From contig OZ024751.1 in assembly GCA_964016885.1 (NCBI GenBank), positions 43,710,001-43,774,000 on the forward strand: 64,000 bases of DNA. The letters run 5' to 3'. The position numbers were made by a program, and so were the translations under genes. Each line of letters starts with the position of its first letter. Position 1 is the first letter of the stretch. The DNA comes from Eledone cirrhosa. Its lineage: Eukaryota. The notes under the pieces are model-generated. The model worked only from the letters and a program-made list of their open reading frames with translations. It was not told where the DNA came from and did not search any database. Below are positions 12,120 through 26,254 of this stretch, piece after piece.

Positions 12120-15100
12120 GTGTTGGTGGTGATGGCAGTGCTGCTAGTAGCTGTGGTGGTGGTGGTGGTAGTGATGGTAGTGGTAGTGTAGTGGTGATGG
12201 TGGTGGTGGTGGTGTTGGTAGTGGTATAGTTGGTGGTGATGGCAGTGCTGGTAGTAGCTGTGGTGGTGGTGGTGGTAGTGATGGTAGTGGTAGTGTAGTG
12301 GTGATGGTGGTGGTGGTGGTGTTGGTAGTGGTATAGTTGGTGGTGATGGCAGTGCTGCTAGTAGCTGTGGTGGTGGTGGTGGTAGTGATGGTAGTGGTAG
12401 TGTAGTGGTGATGGTGGTGGTGGTGGTGTTGGTAGTGGTATAGTTGGTGGTGATGGCAGTGCTGGTAGTAGCTGTGGTGGTGGTGGTGGTAGTGATGGTA
12501 GTGGTAGTGTAGTGGTGATGGTGGTGGTGGTGGTGTTGGTAGTGGTATAGTTGGTGGTGATGGCAGTGCTGGTAGTAGCTGTGGTGGTGGTGGTGGTGGT
12601 AGTGATGGTAGTGGTAGTGTAGTGGTGATGGTGGTGGTGGTGGTGTTGGTAGTGGTATAGTTGGTGGTGATGGCAGTGCTGCTAGTAGCTGTGGTGGTGG
12701 TGGTGGTAGTGATGGTAGTGGTAGTGTAGTGGTGATGGTGGTGGTGGTGGTGTTGGTAGTGGTATAGTTGGTGGTGATGGCAGTGCTGGTAGTAGCTGTG
12801 GTGGTGGTGGTGGTAGTGATGGTAGTGGTAGTGTAGTGGTGATGGTGGTGGTGGTGGTGTTGGTAGTGGTATAGTTGGTGGTGATGGCAGTGCTGCTAGT
12901 AGCTGTGGTGGTGGTGGTGGTAGTGATGGTAGTGGTAGTGTAGTGGTGATGGTGGTGGTGGTGGTGTTGGTAGTGGTATAGTTGGTGGTGATGGCAGTGC
13001 TGGTAGTAGCTGTGGTGGTGGTGGTGGTAGTGATGGTAGTGGTAGTGTAGTGGTGATGGTGGTGGTGGTGGTGTTGGTAGTGGTATAGTTGGTGGTGATG
13101 GCAGTGCTGGTAGTAGCTGTGGTGGTGGTGGTGGTAGTGATGGTAGTGGTAGTGTAGTGGTGATGGTGGTGGTGGTGGTGTTGGTAGTGGTATAGTTGGT
13201 GGTGATGGCAGTGCTGCTAGTAGCTGTGGTGGTGGTGGTGGTAGTGATGGTAGTGGTAGTGTAGTGGTGATGGTGGTGGTGGTGGTGTTGGTAGTGGTAT
13301 AGTTGGTGGTGATGGCAGTGCTGCTAGTAGCTGTGGTGGTGGTGGTGGTAGTGATGGTAGTGGTAGTGTAGTGGTGATGGTGGTGGTGGTGGTGTTGGTA
13401 GTGGTATAGTTGGTGGTGATGGCAGTGCTGCTAGTAGCTGTGGTGGTGGTGGTGGTAGTGATGGTAGTGGTAGTGTAGTGGTGATGGTGGTGGTGGTGGT
13501 GTTGGTAGTGGTATAGTTGGTGGTGATGGCAGTGCTGCTAGTAGCTGTGGTGGTGGTGGTGGTAGTGATGGTAGTGGTAGTGTAGTGGTGATGGTGGTGG
13601 TGGTGGTGTTGGTAGTGGTATAGTTGGTGGTGATGGCAGTGCTGCTAGTAGCTGTGGTGGTGGTGGTGGTAGTGATGGTAGTGGTAGTGTAGTGGTGATG
13701 GTGGTGGTGGTGGTGTTGGTAGTGGTATAGTTGGTGGTGATGGCAGTGCTGCTAGTAGCTGTGGTGGTGGTGGTGGTAGTGATGGTAGTGGTAGTGTAGT
13801 GGTGATGGTGGTGGTGGTGGTGTTGGTAGTGGTATAGTTGGTGGTGATGGCAGTGCTGCTAGTAGCTGTGGTGGTGGTGGTGGTAGTGATGGTAGTGGTA
13901 GTGTAGTGGTGATGGTGGTGGTGGTGGTGTTGGTAGTGGTATAGTTGGTGGTGATGGCAGTGCTGCTAGTAGCTGTGGTGGTGGTGGTGGTAGTGATGGT
14001 AGTGGTAGTGTAGTGGTGATGGTGGTGGTGGTGGTGTTGGTAGTGGTATAGTTGGTGGTGATGGCAGTGCTGCTAGTAGCTGTGGTGGTGGTGGTGGTAG
14101 TGATGGTAGTGGTAGTGTAGTGGTGATGGTGGTGGTGGTGGTGTTGGTAGTGGTATAGTTGGTGGTGATGGCAGTGCTGCTAGTAGCTGTGGTGGTGGTG
14201 TTGGTGTTGGTAGTGGTATAGTTGGTGGTGATGGCAGTGCTGGTAGTAGCTGTGGTGGTGGTGTTGGTAGTGATGGTAGTTATCATGGTTGTGGTAGTGG
14301 TAGTGTAGTGGTGGTGGTGGTGGTGGTGGTGGTGGTGGTAAGTTGGTGGTGATGGCAGTGCTGGTAGTAGCTGTGGTGGTGGTGTTGGTAGTGATGGTAG
14401 TGGTAGTGTAGTGGTGATGGGGGTGGTGGTGGTGGTAGTGGTATAGTTGGTGGTGATGGCAGTGCTGGTAGTAGCTGTGGTGGTGGTGGTGTTGGTAGTG
14501 ATGGTAGTTATCGTGGTTGTGGTTGTGGTAGTGGTAGTGTAGTGGTGATGGTGGTGTTGGTAGTGGTATAGTTGGTGGTGATGGCAGTGCTGGTAGTAGC
14601 TGTGGTTGTGGTGTTGGTAGTGATGGTAGTTATCGTGGTTGTGGTTGTGGTAGTGGTAGTTATAGTGGTTGTGGTTGTGGTAGTGGTATAGTTGGTGGTG
14701 ATGGCAGTGCTGGTAGTAGCTGTGGTGGTGGTGTTGGTAGTTATCGTGGTTGTGGTAGTTATGGTGGTAGTGTAGTGGTGATGGTTGTGGTATAGTTGGT
14801 GGTGATGGCAGTGCTGGTAGTAGCTATAAAGAAGGTGGTGGTGGTGGTTGTTGTTGTGGTAGTGGTATTTATGGTGGTAGTGTAGTGGTGGTGGTAGTTA
14901 TAGTGGTAGTGTAGTAGCAGCAGTGGTGGTGGTTGTTGTTGTGGTAGTGGTGTAGTGGTGGTGATGGCAGTGCTGGTAGTAGCTGTAAAGAAGGTGGTAG
15001 TGTAGTGGCTGTAGTAGTAGTGGTGTTGGTGGTGGTAGTGCTGTAGTTGGCGGCGACAGTGGTGGTAGTGTAGTGGCTGTAGTAGTAGTGGTGGTGGTAG

Positions 15101-15160
15101 TGCTGTAGTTGACGGCGGCAGTAATGGTGCAGTGATGGTAGTGGTGGTGGTGGTGGTGGT
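12120..15160. repeat. 107-bp (GGT/AGT)-rich tandem repeat, about 20 regular copies, then degenerate
   Basis: GATGGCAGTGCTG recurs at 12131, 12238, 12345 and onward. Confidence 0.95.
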
Positions 15161-15238
15161 GTTGGAAGATAGTATAAGAGGATTAACTAGAAGACAAGAT
15201 TGTATATTAGGTTTTGACACCATCTCTGTTATGTAGTT

Positions 15239-15333
<95 letters not shown>

Positions 15334-15437
15334 TTCTCTCTCTCACTTTATCCCCCTCGCTCTTCTCCCTCTAGCTCTTCTCTCTTTCTCCTTTACTCTT
15401 ATCTTTTTTTTTCTTTATCTTTCTACCCCTCTCTTGC

Positions 15438-15536
<99 letters not shown>

Positions 15537-15669
15537 ATACCTGGTGTGAGTGATTGGGTGACAGACAGACAGACAGTAGAGTGAGGGAGGGGGGGGCAGA
15601 CAGATAACATTTCACATAATCATGATTTAGATTCGGCTAGTGTACATAGACACACACATGTATACATAA

Positions 15670-15720
<51 letters not shown>

Positions 15721-15800
15721 GATATGCATTTATATATACACAATATGTATGCATATACATACTTGCATATGTATCCACAAATGTGCACGCACACATATGT

Positions 15801-15831
<31 letters not shown>

Positions 15832-16079
15832 ACATCATCGTTTCACGTCTATCTTCCACGCTAGCATGGGTTGTATATATCATCATCATCATCATCATCA
15901 TCGTTTCACGTCTATCTTCCACGCTAGCATGGGTTGTATATATCATCATCATCATCATCATCATCGTTTCACGTCTATCTTCCATGCTAGCATGGGTTAG
16001 ACGGAAATTGTCCCACTTGAGGCAAGATTGTTCAGGTGATCGTGTCACAGGTGTCCTGTACACATACACACAAGGTGTC

Positions 16080-16660
16080 CACACACTCACACTACCACTC
16101 ACACTAACCCCACCACACACACTCACACTAACCCCACCACACACACTCACAATAACCCTACCACACACACTCTCACTAACCCTACCACACACACTCTCAC
16201 TAACCCTACCACACATACTCTCACTAACCCTACCACTCACACTCACTCACCCTACCATACACACTCACACTCACACTACCATACACACTCACACTCACAC
16301 TAACCCTACATACACACTCACACTAACCCTACCATACACACTCACACTCTCACTAACCCTACCATACACACACTAACCCCACCACACACACTCTCACTGA
16401 CCCTACCATACACACATTAACCCTACCACTCACACTCTCACTGACCCTACCACACTCACACTCTCACTGACCCTACCACACTCACACTCACCCTACCATA
16501 CCCACACTAACCCCACCACACACACACACACACACTCACCCTACCATACCCACACTAAGCCCACCACACACACACACACTCACCCTACCATACCCACACT
16601 AACCCCACCACACACACTCTCACTAACCCCACCACACACACACACTCACCCTACCATACA
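16080..16660. repeat. C/A-rich minisatellite containing CTAACCC units
   Basis: Variants of CACACTCTCACTAACCCTACCA. Confidence 0.85.
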
Positions 16661-17001
16661 CTCCCATATGCTGTAAAGGTGCCACAAGCTGTCAGGGTTA
16701 GCTGTGTATATCCAATACAAATACATTATATTTTATGTTACTTTAGAAAAGATCTCACTGAAATCTCCACTTAACATTTGGATTAAAGTAGCTTATCTCA
16801 CTTCATTGTCTTGCTCTTTCTCTCTACCTGATGTGCATGTGTGTGTGTGTATATATATATACACACTCACAACACATATATATATACATGTATATATACT
16901 TATATGTATGTATAAAATGCTTGATGGTCAATCTTAAACCATTATAATGGCAAAATGTATAGAGTACTTGCTAGCAGAGAAAGCTGTTAAATGATGATGA
17001 T

Positions 17002-17098
<97 letters not shown>

Positions 17099-17177
17099 GT
17101 ATATATATATATGTATGTATATATATATATGTATGTATATATATATATATATGTATGTATATATATATATATGTATG

Positions 17178-17214
<37 letters not shown>

Positions 17215-17441
17215 AGATGTGGAGTTAACAGTTAGGCTAGTAAGACCATATTCAGTTAAGTACTCAATACTTTGGAAAATAGAGTGTATGTATAGTGAAA
17301 AGTTAGCGCCTGATGGCAGTTATCCCCTCACTATTGAAACAGGGTGAGCTCAGCCATCAAGCACTAACTTTACACTATATATATTTCACTTACAAGGCAT
17401 AGATCAGACTGAGGCTATAGTAGAAGACGTATACCCTAGGT

Positions 17442-18408
17442 CAGTGGTCACCAACTGCTGGTCCGAGAGAAAATTTTGGTGGTCCACAGAAAAATTTGGG
17501 CATTATTTGCAATTTTTATGTTTTATTAATAATACAACAAAAATAATATTTAGTTAAAATATATTTTATAACACCCTTAAAAAATGTTTCTCCTCAGTAA
17601 TGAACTAATATCCATGAAAGAATTTTCCACATATATATCATCTATTGACAATATGACTCACGTACACTTCAGTATTGTTTAATAAAATGGAAGTTCTCTG
17701 ATCATTATTTTACACTTATATATCATCTATAAACAATATGACTCACGTACACTTCAGTATTGTTTAATAAAATGGAAGTTCTCTGATCATTATTTTACAC
17801 CTATATATCATCTATAAACAATATGACACAGGTACACTTCAGTATTGTTTAATAAAATGGAAGTTCTCTGATCATTATTTTACACCTATATATCATCTAT
17901 AAACAATATGACACAGGTACACTTCAGTATTGTTTAATAAAATGGAAGTTCTCTGATCATTATTTTACACCTATATATCATCTATAAACAATATGACACA
18001 GGTACACTTCAGTATTGTTTAATAAAATGGAAGTTCTCTGATCATTATTTTATACCTATATATCATCTATAAACAATATGACACAGGTACACTTCAGTAT
18101 TGTTTAATAAAATGGAAGTTCTCTGATCATTATTTTACACCTATATATCATCTATAAACAATATGACACAGGTACACTTCAGTATTGTTTAATAAAATGG
18201 AAGTTCTCTGATCATTATTTTACACCTATATATCATCTATAAACAATATGACTCGCGTACACTTCAGTATTGTTTAATAAAATGGAAGTTCTCTGATCAT
18301 TATTTGACAAATGTATTTATATTTTTTAAAATATTCATATTAGTCATCTGCGGGATTTAAAATTATGAATTTAGTGGTCGATGAGGTCCGAAAGGTTGAC
18401 GACTGCTG
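17442..18408. mobile_element. non-autonomous hAT MITE carrying an internal tandem array, nested in a SINE
   Basis: Termini CAGTGGTCACCAAC ... GTTGACGACTGCTG; perfect 8-bp TSD CCCTAGGT (17434-17441, 18409-18416). Confidence 0.88.
17633..18304. repeat. 85-bp tandem repeat, about 8 copies, inside the hAT MITE
   Basis: ATATGAC recurs at 17651, 17736, 17821, 17906, 17991, 18076, 18161, 18246. Confidence 0.92.
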
Positions 18409-18907
18409 CCCTAGGTGGCATACAGTAGGATCAAGTCTGGAATGATGTTGTGGAAATCATGGCTACTCCTTATAATCTTGAATTATTTTATCTTTTCTAA
18501 TTGCAATGGATGTTTTCCCTTGCTCTTTCTTCTTTTTCCTAGTCACCTGTTAACAAGGTTAACGAGATAACATACGTTGCTGGTCAGTCTAACCTGTCAT
18601 GCAGCAGTTATAAAACATACATATATGATTCAACCTTACAAGGAATTCACTACATGGTCACTCTGTATGCTAGAATAAACAGCCAAATCTCCCTGAAATC
18701 ATACCCAACTGTCATTTTAAAAAAATAAATAGGATAAAACACATTGGTTCATGTAGTCAAAGATATTTTATGTCTGAAACAAAGAATAGGATGGTTATTT
18801 ATGTTGAGTGATTATAGTTCTACTACTTAAGGGTCTTGCTCAAGAACATAACACACTGTCTGATCCAGGAATCAAACTTATAATCTCATGATTGGGAATC
18901 CAATTAA

Positions 18908-19378
18908 ATAATAATAATGAAATTATTGTGTACAGTGCTCAGGTGCACTACAACTCATCAAAGGTGCATGTATAGTACATAGAATAATGTACAAATGTCA
19001 GGAAAATGAACAGTGTATGAGTCATGATATAATAATAATAATAATAATGAAATTATTGTGTACAGTGCCCAGGTGCACCACAACTCATCAAAAAGTGCAT
19101 GTACAGTACATAGGGCAATGCACAAACATCAGTAAAATGAACAGTGCACGAGTCATGATACACGTGTGCATGTGTATGGAAGGGGTACATCAGGTGTAGT
19201 TTTGGCGTATTTTGGGAAGCATGAGTGTCTTAAAGGATGCAGTGTCTCGGCAGCTAACAACTGACGCAGGCAGTTTGTTCCATGCTTCAGCAACTCTGAG
19301 CGTGAAAAAATGTCTACGAAAGTCATGGGAGCTGTGCTGTTTTCTGATTTTGTAGGCATGTCCACGTGTGTTAGACAC
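18908..19378 (-). mobile_element. CR1/L2-clade LINE 3' fragment with duplicated (ATT)n tail, inserted in a SINE
   Basis: NTRGHAYKI...RRHFFTLRVAEAWNKLP is the CR1-type ORF2 C-terminus; another tail copy at about 27205-27330. Confidence 0.85.
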
Positions 19379-19433
19379 ATGGAGATCTAACCATTAAACT
19401 GCGTGCCTTCACATTGGTCTACAATATTATATA

Positions 19434-19500
<67 letters not shown>

Positions 19501-20977
19501 ATATATGCGAAAAGTAAATGGATCAAAAGAACACATCAGTCAATGAAGTTATATTAGTTTCATGCTTAATATAGTAGGAATTGCCGTAATGTGTTTTGGA
19601 CGCTAGTCCTTCATCAGAAAATAGAATGAGGAATTAAAAAAGAAATTGATAGATAGAAAATGAGCAGAGATAGAAATGAAAAAAAAAATTTCTTTGAGAA
19701 AAATCAGGTTCATTTTGGCATCTCCTGTGTGTGTATGTGTGTGTGCAATAAACAGTTACCACGACAACAACTTCAGCAACACAACACATCAACTGCTCTG
19801 TTCTATGATTAACTTCTAACTTCAGTACACTTTCTAACTGCTGGGGAAAAGGGTGGAGGGGCTATATTGTGTGTGTGTGTGGTGTGGTGTATATACAGGT
19901 CTACTGTTGGTGTGAGTGTATGTGTGGTGTATATATAGGTCTACTGTTGGTGTGAGTCCCTGTGTGATGTATATACAGATCTACTGTTGGTGTGAGTCTC
20001 TGTGTGGTGTATATGCATGTCTACTGTTGGTGTGAGTGTATGTGTGGTGTATATACAGGTCTACTGTTGGTGTGAGTCTGTGTGGTGTGTGTGTGGTCAT
20101 AAACATAATTTTCTACACATGCCCAGACTTGCTGTTGAGGTGAACAGAGACTGAAGCTAACAGGAAACAAATACACACACATACACAACCTAGTACAAAC
20201 ACACACACACACAACCTAGTACAAACACACACACATACATACACAACCAAGTACAAACACACACACACATACACAACCTAGTACAAACACACATACATAC
20301 ACAATCTAGTACAAACACACACATACACAACCAAGTACAAACACACATGTATGCATACTCAAACACTCACACACACACACAGCCAAGAACAAACAAACAC
20401 ACACACACACTCACAACCAAGTACAAACACACACGCACAAATAGATGCAATATGTGTGTGTGAATATGTGTGTGCATATGTTGTGTGATGTTAACACAAT
20501 AAATTGTGTGTGTATGTTAGGAGAGAGATGTGTGTGTGTGTTGTTAGAAAGATGTGTATCTATATATCATTAGGGATGTGTGTGTTAGTAGGAAATTGTT
20601 TGTGTTAGTAGTGGTGTGTGTGTTAGTAGTGAGGTGTGTGTGTATTAGTAGTGAGGTGTGTGTGTATTAGTAGTGAGGTGTGTGTGTTAGTAGTGAGGTG
20701 TGTGTGTTAATAGTGAGGTGTGTGTGTGTGTGTGTTAGTAGTGAGGTGTGTGTGTGTGTGTGTGTTAGTAGTGAGGTGTGTGTGTATTAGTAGTGAGGTG
20801 TGTGTGTTAGTAGTGAGGTGTGTGTGTGTTAGTAGTGAGGTGTGTGTGTGTGTGTTAGTAGTGGTGTGTGTGTGTTAGTAGTGAGGTGTGTGTGTGATGT
20901 ATTAACACTGTAAAGTTGGTCCTTCAGGAATTCTGAGTGGGAAAACCATTGAAATATAGAAACCAGTGTGTTATTAC

Positions 20978-21051
<74 letters not shown>

Positions 21052-21283
21052 ATATATGTGTGCATGTGAATGTGTATATGTGTGTGTGTAATGGTCTAGT
21101 GATGTTTGGGCCACTCTGTGTGTGTGTATATATATATATAAATATATAGAACAGAGCTATTTAATTAGAAAGTGAACAACAATTGAATAGCTCTGTTCTA
21201 TACATAGAGCACTCTTTTTTCCTTTGCTTTTTCTTTGGAATTAGCTAACACACACACACACACACACATAAATATATATAATA

Positions 21284-21319
<36 letters not shown>

Positions 21320-21469
21320 CAAGATGACCTGGGATGAGGTGATAAAAGCCGACCATACCCAATTACATCTCTCAAAGGCAATGACACACGACCGTGACCT
21401 CTGGCGTCACGCAGTAATACAGAGTACCCGACGTCCCATGGGTACAAGCTGAAGCATATAGACGATATG

Positions 21470-21755
21470 CCCCCACACCCACCACTGCAAGGTGGTCGTG
21501 GAGGTGCCACGGCAAAAAAGCACCCAGCCCACACTGTAAAGTGGACGTGTAGGCGCCACGAAAAAGCACCCAGCACTCACTGTAAATGAGGTTGGTGTTA
21601 GGAAGGGCATCCAGCTGTAGAAATCAAGCCAAATCAGTTCCTGTATGAGCAAGGCATGGTCAGCCGACCAGACACTGCCCACAACAGGACAACCCGTCTA
21701 ACCCATGCTAGCGTGGAAGAACGGACGTAAAACGGTGATGATGATGATGATGATG
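21470..21755 (+). mobile_element. dispersed repeat with RTE-type (GAT)n tail
   Basis: Near-identical to 46675-46948; related copy at about 43950-44150. Confidence 0.75.
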
Positions 21756-22285
21756 ACTCTCGGGTCCCAAATAACAGGGTGGAGTTGGAAATCAGTAATT
21801 TTTCCTGGTTGTGCCTGTTGATTTTTATAGTGTATGGGATTTTTAGTAATGTACCTTTTTTTTATGTATAAAGAAAATGAATTGTTGTAGGTATACTACC
21901 AGTTAAAATAAACTTCAGCAGAAACAGATTAGCAAAATTTAATAGGTGAGGGAAGATTGGAATAAGTGCAGGGAATATTTGAGACCCAAGAGTATATATA
22001 TACCCTTGCAACAGGGAAAAAGCAGACGTAAAATGAAATACAGAGTGGCCCAAATGTCACTAGACCATTTTATATATATATATATACAGGGTGTCCTAAA
22101 AAAATGTATACACACGTCAGTATTCTGATAAAAATATATATATATACATTATATGCAAAAGTTTTATTTTAAATTGTTGGGTTACAACAAGTAAATGTTT
22201 TATAACTGATATAAAGCACTCAACAAGTTTTTGGAGTAGATATATGATATTAAACAAATGGAAACTATATTTATAAAACCATATT

Positions 22286-22351
22286 CATTTCATTATACAT
22301 ATTTCAGGGATACCATATTAAAAATATGGCATGCCTTCGTCAGATAAAATA
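22286..22351 (-). ncRNA. minimal type I hammerhead ribozyme motif
   Basis: UAUUUUAU-CUGACGA-AGG.AUGCCAUAUU/AAUAUGGUAU.CCU-GAAA-UAUGUA-UA^-AUGAAAUG; stem I kept by G-U pairs. Confidence 0.75.
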
Positions 22352-23198
22352 CAATATATAACCAGTTTTATAAATAATTTTGACGTACCATGAATATAGC
22401 GACCATTAAAGTAGGAAATATAGTTTCCATTTGTTTAATATCGTATATATACATTATATATATGTATGTATGTGGTGGTGGTGGTGGTGGTGCCAGTAGA
22501 GATGGTGGGGGCTGGTTGTGATGGTATTAGTGGCAGTTCCCTTGATATGTTCTCCATGAATGCAATATGTTATGTTGTGACCCAATTTCAATTCCCAGTT
22601 GAAGAAGCTTCACTTACTTAGCTGATTAATACCCTAGAGGCCAGATATGACCATCACTACAGCTTCCATTTCGCTTCCTAAGAGACAGTTTTAAAGTCGT
22701 TGTTATTGTTAGAAATGTGGCAAGCATCGTGGTATATCATCATCATCACCATTTAATGTCTATTTTTCCATGCTAGCATGGGTTAGACGAGTTATCCCGT
22801 TGTGAGACAAGCCAGATCAGACAGAACTGTTTCTGGCTTGGTTTCTACGACTGGATGTCCTTCCTAATGCCAACCACATTTACAGTGTGGACTGGGTGCT
22901 TTTTGTGATGACACCTACACAACCACAGTCAGGGGTTTGTTTTTTCGTGTCAGGTATGACTGGGGTTAAGAAACTTGATTCCAAACCAACTGGTTACAGG
23001 TTTGATCCCATCTCATGTGGTGCCATAGGTCTTCTGCTATAGTCTCATACATACATGCATATATATAGAGAGAGAGATAGGTAAAATCTTGATCACGGTA
23101 CCAAGTCGTGATTTTACCTATCTCTACACCTACTCTGCATCTCCCCATGCATTGAGTACTCCCATGATTAGTGGTCTCTTCGGTCTCAGCACCGCAGA

Positions 23199-23234
<36 letters not shown>

Positions 23235-23367
23235 CCAGCCGTAGAAAACCTGCCAGACAGTCTCATACGAGCGAGATGACCAATCTTGCCTCAAGTGGGA
23301 CAATTCCCGTCTAAACCCATGCTAGCGTGGAAGATAGACGTTAAACGATAATGATGATGATATATAT

Positions 23368-23710
23368 CATCATCGTCATCATCATCATTTTACGTCCGCT
23401 TTTCCCTGCTTGCAAGGGTGGGACGGGAACTGATTCTGGCTTGATTTCTACAGCTGGATGCCCTTCCTAACACCAACCTCATTTACAGTGAGTGCTGGGT
23501 GCTTTTTTGCCATGGCACCTACACATCCACTTTACAGTGGAATGATAGGGACCCCAGTCCCTATCATCTCATTTCTACAGCTGAGTAAACTGGAGCAATG
23601 TGAAATAAAGTGTCTTGCTCAAGGAAACAACACATCACCCGGTCTGAGAATTGAACTCACAACCTTTCGATTGCAAGGCCAATGCTCTAACCAATAAGCC
23701 ATCTGCCTCC
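23368..23710 (-). mobile_element. tRNA-derived SINE, same family as 11465-11812
   Basis: Near-identical sequence over about 340 bp. Confidence 0.85.
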
Positions 23711-23865
23711 ATATATATATATATATATATGAGAGAGAGAAAGAGAGACATATATATATATATAACGAAGGAAATGTGGTAAGGAACCAGATGGACCATA
23801 ACGCACCAAAGTACTCAATGCTTAGGGTAGTAGAGTGGGTAATAGGAACGAGTCCTGCTCGTTCC

Positions 23866-23896
<31 letters not shown>

Positions 23897-24462
23897 AAAA
23901 TACATTTACATACAACTTGTATTACAAGCATCCATACATACATTTTGTTTGTCTCTAAATGCCTTTTTGTATTCTCATATTCTCACTCTCACACTCACAC
24001 TATAACAAACATACATACACACACACACACAATAATATATAACTCTCTCTTTCTCTCTCAACTCACACACTCTCACTCATCCTTATATTTCTCCATTTCA
24101 CTCAATCTACACCACCTCCTACCCTCTCTCGTGGTTTATTAAAGTTTCCCTCCACCTCCTCCCATCACCTACCTCTTTTATCTCCACCTCCTCCTTCTCC
24201 TCCCATCACCTACCTCTTCCCCCTTCTCCACCTCCTCCCTCTATCTCCACCCCTCCCCATCATTATTTTTATAGTTTGTAAGGAAGATAATGTATTTTAT
24301 TTTTATCTGATGGCAATATGTGCAGCATGGGGCCATGGCACTGTGCCATGTGTCGAGGGGTCTCCCGATGTTTGGGCTGCTGGGCCACATCACTGTGTGT
24401 GTGTGTGTGTGTGTATGTATGTCTGTATGAGTGAGTTAGTCTATTTATGTCTGTGTCTATAG

Positions 24463-24496
<34 letters not shown>

Positions 24497-24755
24497 GACC
24501 ACGTGTATCTATGTGTATTTGTTATGTGTATGCATCCTTGTATGTGTATTAGTGTATGTTTGTATAGTTATGTAGTGTGTGTGTGTGTGTGTGTATGTAT
24601 ATATATAGAGAGAGAAATAATTGATCATGTGTGTCTATGTATGTATGTATGTATGTATGTGTCAGTGTATGTTGTATCAGTGTGTGTGTATGTTTGTGGA
24701 CGCAGCATGGCCAAATGGTTCAGAGACTCGCTTCACAATCAGATTGACCCATGCA

Positions 24756-25018
24756 CCACCACCACATTAACCCTTCTCCCACCACCACCACCACATTAAC
24801 CCTTCCCACCACCACCACCACTGCATTAACCCTTCTTCTCCCACCACCACCACCACTGCATTAACCCTTCTCCCACCACTGCATTAACCCTCTTCTCCCA
24901 CCACCACCACCACCACCACTGCATTAACCCTTCTCCCACCACCACCACCACTGCATTAACCCTCTTCTCCCACCACCACCACCACTGCATTAACCCTTCT
25001 CCCCACCACCACCACCAC
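24756..25018. repeat. minisatellite CATTAACCCTTCTCC(CAC)nTG
   Basis: About 8 variable-length units. Confidence 0.85.
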
Positions 25019-25132
25019 ATCTTATATTGCCCACAATTCAGTAATGTGAAACTTGAAGTAATGACCTATGAATGTTTTCCAGTTCAATAAAATTTGATAA
25101 CTCACTCCAATTTTGGTATTGAGTACTCTTTT

Positions 25133-25189
<57 letters not shown>

Positions 25190-25379
25190 ACCTGTGACTG
25201 GATAAACATTCAAGAAGTAGAGATAAGTCAGTACTAATGATAGTGTAGATAAGATCTTTACATAATTCTTCCAAGAAATGCAAATATACTACTTAAGTTT
25301 CATGGACTGGCTGTGATTTTGAAGTCATGTGTGTCATCATCATCATCATCATCATCATCTTTTAACGTCTATCTTCCAC

Positions 25380-25448
<69 letters not shown>

Positions 25449-25750
25449 GGGGGGGGGGTGTATATATAAATCAAAATGGATGCAGTAAAAGCCTGTTAGA
25501 CCATTACTCAGTAGAGTGCTCGATACTTGGAGAAGTAGAGTGTGGTAATATGAAAGAGTCAGGACCTCGTCAGCTGAGCTCTTGCCGTCTCAACAGCTAG
25601 TTCAGAGCAAGCTGTTGAAATGGCAAGAGCTCAACAGTCGAGGTCCCGACTCTTTCATATATATATGTGTGTGTGTGTGTATTTATATATATATATATAT
25701 ATATTATGAAAATAAACCAAAGAAGCCTTCAATACATCAAAAGTCTTTAT

Positions 25751-25792
25751 TAGCCAACAATGTTTCGTCCTATTAAGGACTCATCAGGGCAA
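25751..25792 (-). ncRNA. minimal type I hammerhead ribozyme motif
   Basis: UUGCCC-UGAUGA-GUCC(UUAAUA)GGAC-GAAAC-AUU-GUU^-GGCUA, followed by AAUAAA; canonical CUGAUGA/GAAA core. Confidence 0.75.
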
Positions 25793-26055
25793 TTAAAACT
25801 ATAAGAAGCACTATCAGCCAATACAGGCCGAAAACTCAGAAGAATATGGAGTGTACATAGATTAAATCATAGGAAAATAATCGGGTAAAAATTATCTTCG
25901 GCTCTGTTTAATTACATTGAGCTATACCTTTACTGTCATTTCTATAATACGAAGAGGGTGTTTAACTCCAACACACTCTAGTATTTCAATTCTTATATAT
26001 ATATATATATATATATTCTATTAATGTATTCTTTGCAATTTTCTACTCCCAACAG

Positions 26056-26254
26056 GTTTTATGCCCGAGACTCTGGACTTCTGAAATTCAAGATCTATGC
26101 CGGACTCCAAGGCCGCAATCCACCACCCACCGCTCGCCGTCTGGTTGCTTTCACCTTTCATCCTTATGAGCCATTTGCCATTAGTATCCAAAGAACAAAT
26201 GCTGAATATGTGGTCAACTTTCATGTCCGACATATAGCCTACGAAGCTGATTAG
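26056..26254 (+). CDS. DET1: DET1 terminal coding exon
   Basis: Acceptor cccaacag|G completes AG+G=Arg, then [16 protein letters not shown]...[33 protein letters not shown]...*, the DET1 C-terminus. Joined CDS 1671 nt = 556 aa; intron 3629-26055. Confidence 0.95.
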
